A DNA stretch of 64,000 nt from Eledone cirrhosa. Its lineage: Eukaryota. Below the pieces are notes generated by a model. It was not told the DNA's origin. It saw nothing but the letters and a program-made list of their open reading frames with translations, and did no database searches. The translations under genes were made by a program, and so were the position numbers. Shown piece by piece: positions 54,474-64,000 of the stretch (the stretch's first letter is position 1; every line of letters begins with the position of its first letter). The stretch covers positions 98,270,001 to 98,334,000 of the forward strand of contig OZ024744.1 in NCBI GenBank assembly GCA_964016885.1, given 5' to 3'.

Positions 54474-54524
54474 AGCTTCCTGATGATTTCTCACGAATGA
54501 AACAGTTCTAGTCCTGTAGAAGCT
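54474..54524 (+). ncRNA. Type-I hammerhead ribozyme motif in a Penelope-like terminal repeat
   Basis: agcttc-CTGATGA-tttc(tcac)gaat-GAAA-cag(ttctagtc)ctg-TA-gaagct. Stems I and III pair perfectly, stem II pairs 3 of 4. Predicted cleavage is after A54518. Confidence 0.82.
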
Positions 54525-54654
54525 CTTCTATATCAAAACATTTATACTCTGCAATGTATTGAGTACCTTACTTATTCTGGTTACCTCTGATTCAACCCGG
54601 AATAACTTACCTTTTAGCACTCCTAGTGCCCCTCATAACCATCACCGAGAAACT

Positions 54655-54920
54655 ATGCTGACCAAACTCGACCCTGATGTCTCCATGAAGAACATCCCGA
54701 TCCCTTCAAGGAAACTTTACCTATAAACACTCATCAGACGTACAGACGAGTTCACCAAGCGAATTAGATGGAGAGCCTTCTTCCTCGACAATCCTGACGT
54801 AGCATCTACCAATGATGAGAAGTTTGGTTTCAAAACGAATAAGGCACCACCCACCAACAGCCTACTTGAACCATTTGAGGAAGACCTCTTCAAGATGATC
54901 AAGGATATCAAATTTCGTAG
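54655..54920 (+). mobile_element. Penelope-like element ORF N-terminus (decayed, 3'-truncated)
   Basis: MLTKLDPDVSMKNIPIPSRKLYL*TLIRRTDEFTKRIRWRAFF...FGFKTNKAPP...LEPFEEDLFKMIKDIKFR matches the SMKNIP..KRMRWKAFF..GFK..PP..FE.DL pattern of Penelope-like RTs. It lies 130 bp downstream of the hammerhead. Confidence 0.78.
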
Positions 54921-54924
54921 AGTC

Positions 54925-55840
54925 GTGTAGGTGTCACGACAAAAAAAACACACAGTCCACGCTGTAATGTGGCCGTGTAGGCAACACGGTAAAAACCTCC
55001 CAGTCCCACACTGTAAATGTGGTTGGTGTTAGGAAGGGCATCCAGCTGTAGAAAACCCGCCAGACAGTCCACGCTGTAATGTGGCCGTGTAGGCAACACG
55101 GTAAAAACCTCCCAGTTCCACACTGTAAATGTGGTTGGTGTTAGGAAGGGCATCCAGCTGTAGAAAACCCGCCAGACAGTCCACGCTGTAATGTGGCCAT
55201 GTAGGTAACACGGTAAAAACCTCCCAGTTCCACACTGTAAATGTGGTTGGTGTTAGGAAGGGCATCCAGCTGTAGAAAACCCGCCACACAGTCCACGCTG
55301 TAATGTGGCCGTGTAGGTAACACGGTAAAAACCTCCCAGTTCCACACTGTAAATGTGGTTGGTGTTAGGAAGGGCATCCAGCTGTAGAAAACCCGCCAGA
55401 CAGTCCACGCTGTAATGTGGCCGTGTAGGTAACACGGTAAAAACCTCCCAGTTCCACACTGTAAATGTGGTTGGTGTTAGGAAGGGCATCCAGCTGTAGA
55501 AAACCCGCCAGACAGTCCACGCTGCAATGTGGCCGTGTAGGTAACACGGTAAAAACCTCCCAGTTCCACACTGTAAATGTGGTTGGTGTTAGGAAGGGCA
55601 TCCAGCCGTAGAAAACCCGCCAGACAGTCCACACTGTAATGTGGCCGTGTAGGTAACACGGTAAAAACCTCCCAGCCCCACACTGTAAATGTGGTTGGTG
55701 TTAGGAAGGGCATCCAGCCGTAGAAAACCCGCCAGACAGTCCTATGCGAGCAAGACAACCACTCTTGCCTCAAGTGGGAAAACTCCCGTCCAAACCCATG
55801 CAAGCGTGGAATATGGACGTTAAACGATGATGATGATGAT
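54925..55840 (+). repeat. 112-bp tandem array (7 copies) inside a SINE 3' module, ending in the RTE-type (GAT)n tail
   Basis: gttaggaagggcatccag at 55028, 55140 ... 55700. The unit contains ccacactgtaaatgtgg. Tail: ccatgcaagcgtggaatatggacgttaaacgatgatg. Confidence 0.95.
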
Positions 55841-55847
55841 ATCATTT

Positions 55848-55953
55848 TAGTATATATATATGCAAGCAGGGAAAAGCGGACGTAAAATGATGATATATAT
55901 ATATATCATCATTTTACGTCCACTTTTCCCTGCTTGCATATATATATATACTA
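55848..55953. repeat. Near-perfect ~105-bp palindrome of two tail-to-tail RTE 3' ends
   Basis: tgcaagcagggaaaagcggacgtaaaatgatga(ta)n-tcatcattttacgtccacttttccctgcttgca, with symmetric TA flanks. Confidence 0.92.
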
Positions 55954-56213
55954 TTGAATAAAGTGACAGAAGGCAGAAAAGTTGAAATTCGTTTTAAGTT
56001 TTTATTTTCAACTTTCCGGTCTGTCTCCTGCCAATTAAATAATATTTATCTCTGTTCACACACCACCAAAAGAATCTTACACCAAAGATGATTGAGTTAC
56101 ATTACATTGAGTGCTTTTCCTACTATTGCATCATGGTTAACTATACAGAATAAACAGTTCTATCCAATGGTGAACCACCAACTTCAATGAAAATATATAT
56201 ATATGTATATCTA

Positions 56214-56470
56214 TCATCATCATCATCATTTTACGTCCGCTTTTCCGTCTAACCTATGCTAGCGTGGAAGATAGACGTTAAACGATGATGATGATGATTT
56301 TCCCTGCTTGCAAGTGTGGGAAGGGTTCTATTCAGCACAGCATCTCTTCACTTGTCACAGTCCTTCGCCATCTCCTCTGTGAGCTACAGCGATCTGAGGT
56401 CTGCTCTCACCACCTCCACCCATGTTTTTTTAGGCCTTCCTCTACTGTGTCTTCCTTCTACTGGGATTTC
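56214..56470 (-). mobile_element. RTE LINE 3' end with short UTR and a nested opposite-strand tail insertion
   Basis: Encodes RGRPKKTWVEVVRADLRSL and runs directly into gcaagcagggaaaa...gcggacgtaaaatgatgatg. A ~55-bp + strand tail is inserted between two ttttcc copies. Confidence 0.75.
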
Positions 56471-56476
56471 TTGGCA

Positions 56477-56522
<46 letters not shown>

Positions 56523-56806
56523 AAGGCACATGGCCTAATGATTAGGATGTTTGCTGTACCATCATAATGTCATCAGTTCAATTCCTGGACAGGCTGCTGT
56601 GTTGTGTTCTTGAGCAAAACACTTTATTTCACATTGCTCCAGTATACTCAGTTGAGAGTGAGTAGCAGCAGTACCTGGGAAGTTAAACATGCAATAGACC
56701 AGTGTCCTCTCCAGGGAGAGTCTTGTACACTCAATCATTTAATGCCAGGGAAACTGGGGGTAAGCACCAGCCTGATGAGCATTCGTCTTAGAACAAACTT
56801 TAACTT
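56523..56806 (+). mobile_element. tRNA-derived SINE with CORE/V-domain-like body
   Basis: Head tggcctaatgattagg...gttcaattcc, then gttgtgttcttgagcaaaacacttt, gcaatagaccagtgtcctctccaggg...gaaactggg...cctgatgagc and a ctttaactt tail. Confidence 0.65.
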
Positions 56807-56819
56807 AATATATATATAT

Positions 56820-58000
56820 ATGGAGGGGACAGAAAGCACTACCAGATAGCAAGAAGGGAGGCCAGGCATCAAGTATATCTAGCAAGGGGAGAGGCAGAAA
56901 AGAAGAAGTTTGCACATGGTCTGCTTTGAGAAGTGTTCAGGCTTGCAAGACATTATGCTAGAGAAAATCATGATGTGAGTGGAGAAAAATATGTCTGAAA
57001 TGATAGCGTAGCACTTACTCGTCTGATGATGAAAAGAAATAGGCATGGAAGACCTATGAGAAACTGAGGAAAATGAATGGGACAGCAGTATAATAGATAA
57101 AGCAATTAAAGACATGAAGGTAGGGAAAGCAGCTGGACCATCCAGAATAGACACTGAGATGCTAACAGCATCTGGCATGGTAGGATATGAGCTAGTCAGA
57201 TGCATAGTTAATCAAGTAGTACAGGATAGTGTCATACCCAATGACTGGTATAGCAGTTTCGTTGTAAATTACCACAAGGGCAAAAGAGGTGCACTACAGA
57301 GAAGTAACTACAGAGGTATCAAGTTGATGGACCAGGTAATGAAAGTTGCCAAAAGAGTTATAGCACAACTAATTAGGGACAGAATCAAATTAGATGAGAT
57401 GCAGTTTGGATTTATTCCAGGCAGGGGTACTACTGATGCCCTCTTTCTGGCAAGACAACTACAGGACAGGTATTTAGCTAAGAGTGAGTTACTGTACCTA
57501 ACATTTGTAGATCTGGAGAAAGCCTTTGACAGGGTCCCATGCTCTATTATCTGGTGGGCACTTAGGAAGCTAGGTGTAGATGAAGGACGTGTGAGGGCCT
57601 TGCAAGTCATGTATAATGGTGCAACCAGCAAAGTGAGAGTTGGAAATGAGTACAGTGATGAATTTGAAGTGTAGGCGGAGGTCCACCAGGGATCAGTCCT
57701 CAGTCTACTTCTGTTTATCATTGTACCTCAGGCCATCCCAAGGAGTTTAAAACTGGTGCTCCATGGGAGCTCCTTTAATGATGACCTCATAGCTGAGTCT
57801 GTAGGAGAATTAGAAGCAAAATTTCAATCATGGAAGAAGAACCTAGAGCTAAATGGCTTAGAGCTAAAAGTAAATTTAACAAAGATGAAAGTCTTAAGTC
57901 GGAAAGAAAACAAGAAAGTGCCTTTGCTTGTCCGAAAGGGCTGGGTAGAAATTCCATAGGGTGCACATAATGTAAAGTATGGATACACATCATCTTGCAA
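56820..58000 (+). mobile_element. RTE-clade reverse transcriptase fragment (pseudogenised)
   Basis: GKAAGP, IPNDW, NYRGIKL, QFGFIPGRGTTDA, FVDLEKAFDRVP and HQGSVLS, with stops and frameshifts. Confidence 0.93.
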
Positions 58001-58689
58001 CATCCTAATTAGAACATTTAATGGTATTGCTCTCACCAGAGGATTTCTGAAAGCCATTGGTACAAAAATTTTTAAAACTAAACATTTTTTAAATCTGAAA
58101 ATTATTCACAGTAGAAAAGACACTGAATTTTAACTGGGGTCTGACCAACCACTTCCTCTTTGCACCGGTCTCCGTTGAGACCTCTGGTGTCCTTGGTCCC
58201 CACACTGCTGATTTCCTCTGTAAAGTCAGATGGATTGTTATTGAGTTTTACCCCATGTCAGCCCTGATTAAAAAGACAAACTCTTTCTTTTTCCAAGATA
58301 TCATCATCATCATTTTACATTCATTTTCCTTGTGAATATGGGTTGGATGGTCTGAGACAAGACATGATCAGATAACCACATTTGTTCATACATTCCATAC
58401 TTTTGTATAGTTCGTACAACTACAGGACAGGTATTTAGCTAGCATTTGTAGATCTGGAGAAAGCCTTTGACAGGGTCCCATGTGGGTGTCCTCCACAACA
58501 CCAACCACATTTACAGAGTGTACTTGGTGTATTTTATTTCCCACCACATTTAGTGTTGTCATGCCTGTAATGGTATCTGAGTGAGTTACTGTTTCTTCAC
58601 AATCCTAATTCCTTCCTTTTCAAAGCTGGCCAGAGGATTTAACAGATTTGGCTGTTGTGTCTAGCAGATAACATATAGTTACATCCCCT

Positions 58690-59025
58690 TATGTTCTGAG
58701 TTCAAATCCCACCAAGGTTAGCTTTGTCTTTCACCCTTACAAGGTTGTAAAAATGAAGTACCAGTAATGCACTTGAGTCAATTTAATCAACTTTACCCTC
58801 TCCCCAAATTGCTGGCCTTGAGCCTAAATCAGAAACCCTTATTAGTATCGGTAGAGGATTGGACGCCATGCTTTCTAGCATAGAGTTACACCCCTTTGCA
58901 GTCTGCATTCAAATGCTGCCGAGGTTAACTTTGCCTTTCATCCTTACGGGGGTCGATAAAATAAAGTACCAGTAATGCACTGGGGTAATTGCTGGCCTTG
59001 TGCCAAAAGTAGAAACAATTATTAT
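58690..59025 (+). mobile_element. Two tandem tRNA-SINE copies (same family as 46088)
   Basis: Two gttcaaat/ttcaaat B-box plus ctttg(t/c)ctttca..cctt...gtaccagtaatgcac cores. Confidence 0.82.
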
Positions 59026-59711
59026 TCTTTTTAATATTTCATCGTCATCATCACCACCATTTAACATCCATTTTTCCATGCTGGCATGGGTTAGACAAGT
59101 TATCCTGTAGTAAGCAATGCCAGGTCAAGCGACCATGTCCTTTTTAATATTTCATCATCATCATCATAATCACAATTTAATGTCCATTTTCCCACGTTGA
59201 CATGGGTTAGACCAGTTATCCTATAGTAAGCAATGCCAGGTCAGGTGACCATGTCTTGCTTATGTCTATAATAAAATCGTTTCACTTTTTTAAACATAAT
59301 ATTATAGCTTCATTTTTTTTATGTCCACTTCTCCTGTTGCCAACAAGAATCAGAATCCAATAGTGGGTAAACTAACAGGTTGTTCTATAAACACAGAAAA
59401 GGGATCCCACATTATTTCCCAAAGTTGATTAAGATATTTATTTCAAATTACTCCATTTAGATATTATGAAAGATATTCATATATTAGACATCATTCATTA
59501 AACTTAAACATTTGCTTTTGCTTTTGTTTTTCAGTTTTGCTGGCAACATCTTTGCTAATATGAAGTGGAGCAATGCCAGCCACCAGGTAAAGATTAATTT
59601 TTTTATTGATTATTAATGAAGAGATTTGGGAGATAACAGATTGCTGGTTTTATGGAGTTTATGAAGTGAGGTTAGTATGCCAAGATAAAATGTTCTGGCC
59701 CAGAAAGAAGA

Positions 59712-60240
59712 CATCATCATCACCATTTAACATCTATTTTTCCATGCTTGCACAGGTTAGATGGCTGTCACATGCTAAGGCCAAGTCAGTTAGGTGACCA
59801 TATCCTGCCCATACACGTTGTTTTAGCTTGATTTCTATGGCTGGGTGTTCTTCCTAACACTAAGCATGTAGTAGGAGCATGGTTTTCAAAGCTGGATACC
59901 CCTTTTAATGTCAACCACTTTACAGCGTGTACTGAGAACATGGTTTCTAAGGCTGAATGCCCTTCCCAACACCAACCACTTTATAGCATGTACTAGAAGT
60001 CTGGTTTCTATGGCTGGATGCCCTTCCTAATACCAACCACCTTACAGCATGTACTAGGAGCACTGTTTCTATGGCTGGATGCCCTTCCTAATACCAACCA
60101 CTTTACAGCATGTGCTGAAAGCATGGTTTCTAAAGTTGGATGCCCTTCCTAATACCAACCGCTGTACAGTGTGTACTAGGAACATAGTTTCTATGGCTGA
60201 ATGCTCATCCTAACACCAACCACTTTATAGCATGTACTGA
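59712..60240 (-). repeat. SINE 3' module with a 61-bp tandem array (~6 copies)
   Basis: Tail catcatcatcaccatttaacatc...ccatgcttgc, then ggtttctatggctggatgcccttcctaataccaaccactttacagcatgtactaggagcat repeated with period 61. Confidence 0.88.
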
Positions 60241-60471
60241 GAATATTTTATCGTGACTCCAGCACTACAAACTTACAGGGTGAACTGGGTGCTTATCATG
60301 GCAGCAACCCTACAACCGCTCAAGGTGGACGGGATGTTTTTGTAGTGGCTCCAGCTTTCAAAGCCAATGTGCTATTTGACTACCATGGCTAGTCACCAAC
60401 AATAGTTTTTAAATGATCACAGCTTAAAACAGTCATAGTAAGATTTATATCTTTGTTAATCATATGCAACC

Positions 60472-60503
<32 letters not shown>

Positions 60504-60989
60504 CTCTACTTGGAATTAGTAATACAATACAATCAACTTAAAAAATTAAAACCACCACCATCATCATGTTTTCCTTTAACCATCCATACGAGCAGAGTAT
60601 ATTACATTTTAATAAGTGTATATATGTTTGTGATAGAGTGTTTATTCTATAGCAATCATAGAAAGAAGCACTACTACACCATACAGGATATTTTTTATCG
60701 AACCTCATCATCATCACCATCTAATCAAAAATCAGTTACATAGTATCCAAAAGGAGATGCAAGGAGACATTACTCAGTTATTTTATTTCAAATTACTCAA
60801 ATATATTTGTAGGATAAAATTACATAAAATAATAAAAGAATTTAAAATTTCGTCAAACATACAGAAAAAAATAGCAGTATTGGAAAGGACTATACATACC
60901 ATAAATGAGAGGAAAAGTAGGGTACAGAGCAAGGACTATTAAGCAAAGGAAGAAAGAAAGGGGGAAGGGGAGAGGGTGACAGACTCTAC

Positions 60990-61160
60990 ACCCAAGTCAG
61001 AGCAGTGTTTCAGTTGCGCCCTGCAGACAATATGATGGCAATGGCATTTCCGTGGACAATGGCCAGCGACACCCACCTCCACTTCGTGGGGCTCCTTCCT
61101 CAGATAGGTTGCTTGTCATTCCAATTTTACAGAGGAGGTCAGTGGGTGTTGAATTGATTC
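60990..61160 (-). mobile_element. Possible CRE-like (restriction-like endonuclease) non-LTR retrotransposon C-terminus
   Basis: With frameshifts it reads DLLCKIG.QATYLRKEPHEVE/WVSLAIVHGNAIAIILSAGRN*, resembling the ...EPRE..L.QR.S.A..RGNA terminal motif. Confidence 0.45.
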
Positions 61161-62199
61161 CTTCCTAACTTTTTGTCTATCATTCTTTCTATTTCTATTT
61201 TGATTACATACTGCCCCATGTTTCATGAATGCTAATACAAACTCAATAAGCTTTTGTAACATTTTCTATGCCAGCTAAGAAGAATACAGAATTTTTTCAT
61301 TCCATATAAATTTTTTGTTTTTTCAAATGTACTAAAAATGTACAAAAAAAAAAAAAAAAATGTACAGAATAAAGAATTTTTCATGACAAAACATTATTTC
61401 AGCTACAGGTGGATGTTTATGCTTTCAATATCATATCTTGGAAGCCATATTTGATCCATACAAACACATGTCAGTTTCTCTGTATACAAAACATGTATAC
61501 AGACTTTAACCCACTCTTTCTGTTTGTGAATGGAATGTGGAGTGACATGCCTGCTTTTCTACAAAAGGATGGTAGGTACAAACAACTTTTCTGCCTCCCT
61601 CTTAATAAGAAATAATTATTATTTGTCCCCTAAAAAATTTAAAGAAAATACTGGGTAACTTGCATCCCTCTTTTATTTCACATTACAGAAACAAAGACAA
61701 TGTTATGTCCATTTATCATTAGACCCTTGTCCCCCACCAGCAAGGGTTCCTTCTGATAATCAAGATGAAGCAGAGCAGTGGTAAGACTTTATTTAGTTCT
61801 GGCAACCAAACAGCCTCTCTAAATAAAATGTAACCAGTCCATGCTGTAAAACAGGAGTCTCAAGCACATGACCGACAAACTACTTTTCAATGGCCTGCAG
61901 CATAACGATTTTCGTGATTAAGGAACATTTGAATTAGAAAATTTGACTCCCCTACATTTTGTACTAATTCACATATCCTACTTACTATCATATGTATATT
62001 GTACTAATTCACATATCCTACTTACTATCATATGTATATTTATTTTGATAAAAAAAAAAAAAAAAAGAAAAATAGAAATAACATCCAGCAGTAAAAACCA
62101 TGATAAAAAAGAAAAAAAAAAAGGAAGATAGAGAGATGTGAACTCTAGACACAATAAGTACACATCATTCATCTAGAAGATCAGTAACTAAATAAACTA

Positions 62200-62950
62200 T
62201 AGAAAGCTTGCCAAATAAAGGGTCGGGAGGACCCTTTCAGGACATGATAACCTCTCTAGTGATGGTGATCTACACAATAAACACATCCAGTACATGATGT
62301 AAAGTGGTTGGTGATAGGAAGGGCATCCAGCTGCAGATACTTGCTAAACAAAGGGTTGGGAGGACCCTTCAGTTGTGTCAAGGGCATGACAACCTTCCAA
62401 ATGCTGGTGATCTACACAATAAAAGCACCCAGTATATGTAGAGTGGTTGGTGATAGGAAGGGTATCCAGCTGCAAAAGCTTGCTAAACAAAGGGTTGTAT
62501 CAATAACATGACACCCTCCCTAGAGTTGGTGATCTACATAATAAAAGCACCAGTATATGTTGTAAAGTGGTTGGTGTTAGGAGGGGCATCCAGTCATAGA
62601 AAGCTTGCTAAACAAAGGGTTGGGAGGACCCTTCAGTTGTGGCAAGGGCGTGACAACCTTCCAACTGCTGCTGATCTACACAATAAAGGCACCAAGTATA
62701 TGTAGAGAGAGTGGTTGGTGATAGGAAGGGTATCCAGCTGTAGATTGTGGGTCGTGTCAGAGATATGACAACCTCTCTAGTGCTGGTGTCATGATAAAAT
62801 GGACTCAATAGAACGTGGAACTGTATATAAACAAGATTCGAACCCATCCAGCCTGTCTGTTAGGTCAGTGCTCTCTCTTCAGTACTGACTTGGTCTGTGA
62901 AGACCCATCCAGCCCTTGCTAGCAGCGATAGTGGATATTAAATGATGTTG
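62200..62950 (+). repeat. SINE 3' module with ~125-138-bp diverged tandem units (~4.5 copies) and tail
   Basis: aaagggtt/c at 62217, 62351, 62489 and 62614. Each unit contains aaagcacccag...gtggttggtgataggaagggcatccag. Confidence 0.82.
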
Positions 62951-62999
62951 AAGATGAAAGAAGCCTACGAAATTGTCAGAAGCCTGACTAAACATAGTT

Positions 63000-63500
63000 C
63001 ACCGATTGTTACCTGGATTAAGTATTAGGTAGTAACGAGAACATAATTGCTTGAACAGGGAACTGTTGCTTCTACATCTCAATGTAAAAAGCAGATTGTA
63101 TGAAGTATGTGTAAGAAATGTGAATGTTCTAAGTAGTGATTACATATGAATAAAACTCAGAAGGGGCTACAAGGAGTAACTGGATGAGCATGATGCATTG
63201 AATATATTGTATAAAGCTGCATGAATGAAATGCATAAGTAAGAGAGAAAGTGATTGGTCATAAAAGATTTCAAATGATGTGTTTAGAGGAGGAGTTGTGA
63301 ACTAAATACACTGTACAAACATGTGATGTTAATAGACAATGAGTTCCGTGTGAAAAAAGTGTTTATGGTGAATGACACCCACAGTTGAAGAGGGTCAATT
63401 AGAGGAAATGGAGAAGAAATCATGAGGTTAGAACTTAAGAGGTTGAACTTGAAAAAGTTCATAGGAAATCTGAGATGAATGGTGCTAGAGTGTAGAGCAA
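63000..63500 (+). mobile_element. Highly decayed RTE C-terminal fragment
   Basis: Nucleotide similarity to 44080-44520 (gcagattgtatgaagtatgtgtaagaa; aaacatgtgatg; gaagaaatcatgagg). Confidence 0.45.
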
Positions 63501-64000
63501 ACCTGAGAACGTGGTTGTTGATATTTGTTCATAAATCAATTATTTCTTCAAAAGAAAATGAAATCCATAGCCAGTGAGAGAAAAACGTTAGTGCAGTCCA
63601 TCAGAAATGCAAATATCCTAATGTCAGCAGTAGATGCATTACCGTGAAGCTCCATTAAAGAACACGAAGGAAAAACACTTAGTTTAGTTTCTACGAGATT
63701 ATGGCTTAATAATTAAATCTTAACATACAGAAGACATTCTTGAAACATACAAAACAGTACAATGACTGCATCACATTAAATATTAACGTTTTTACTATAA
63801 TACTACACATTTTCACAATCTATCTGCTAGTAAAGATACTATAGACATTTGAATTAACAAACCACATTAACTAGTCTTTCTTAAAAAGTACAAAACACTA
63901 TCATCGTATCACATTAAAAATAAGTATTTACTTTTACACTACAAATTCTCAAACCCTCTGTCCACCAGTAAAGATACTATAAACATTTGAATCAACAAAT

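Noticed and set aside
54908-55845. Series of near-identical minus-strand ORFs (MPFLTPTTFTVW...)
   Set aside because: They are products of the 112-bp tandem array, whose period is not a multiple of three.

Overview
AT-rich, repeat-dominated eukaryotic DNA. The SINE, LINE and microsatellite content resembles an octopod cephalopod; this is an inference from remembered repeat families. Only one credible host gene is present: an intact Rab9 GTPase with a single coding exon (minus strand, 35666-36283). Bases 1-~22435 are a ~470-copy array of a 48-bp monomer with nested higher-order duplications (5248/4061/5248 bp). All the long ORFs called there are artefacts of a monomer that lacks stop codons. 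The array is not an independent satellite: it starts exactly where other copies of an RTE-LINE-derived element in this window (27.96-28.53 kb, 44.0-44.84 kb) carry only two copies of the same 48-bp unit in their 3' region. It is therefore most likely a >22-kb expansion inside one retroelement. The same 3' module has also seeded 44-, 61-, 112- and ~130-bp arrays elsewhere in the window. Other content: two type-I hammerhead ribozyme motifs (one in front of a Penelope-like ORF start, one upstream of and on the same strand as Rab9), a Tx1/L1 LINE inserted in a (GAT)n(AAT)n tail with a 19-bp TSD, a decayed DD37D maT transposon with TIRs, a Buster-type hAT remnant, piggyBac-type TTAA MITEs, CR1/RTE/CRE fragments and several tRNA-derived SINE families.
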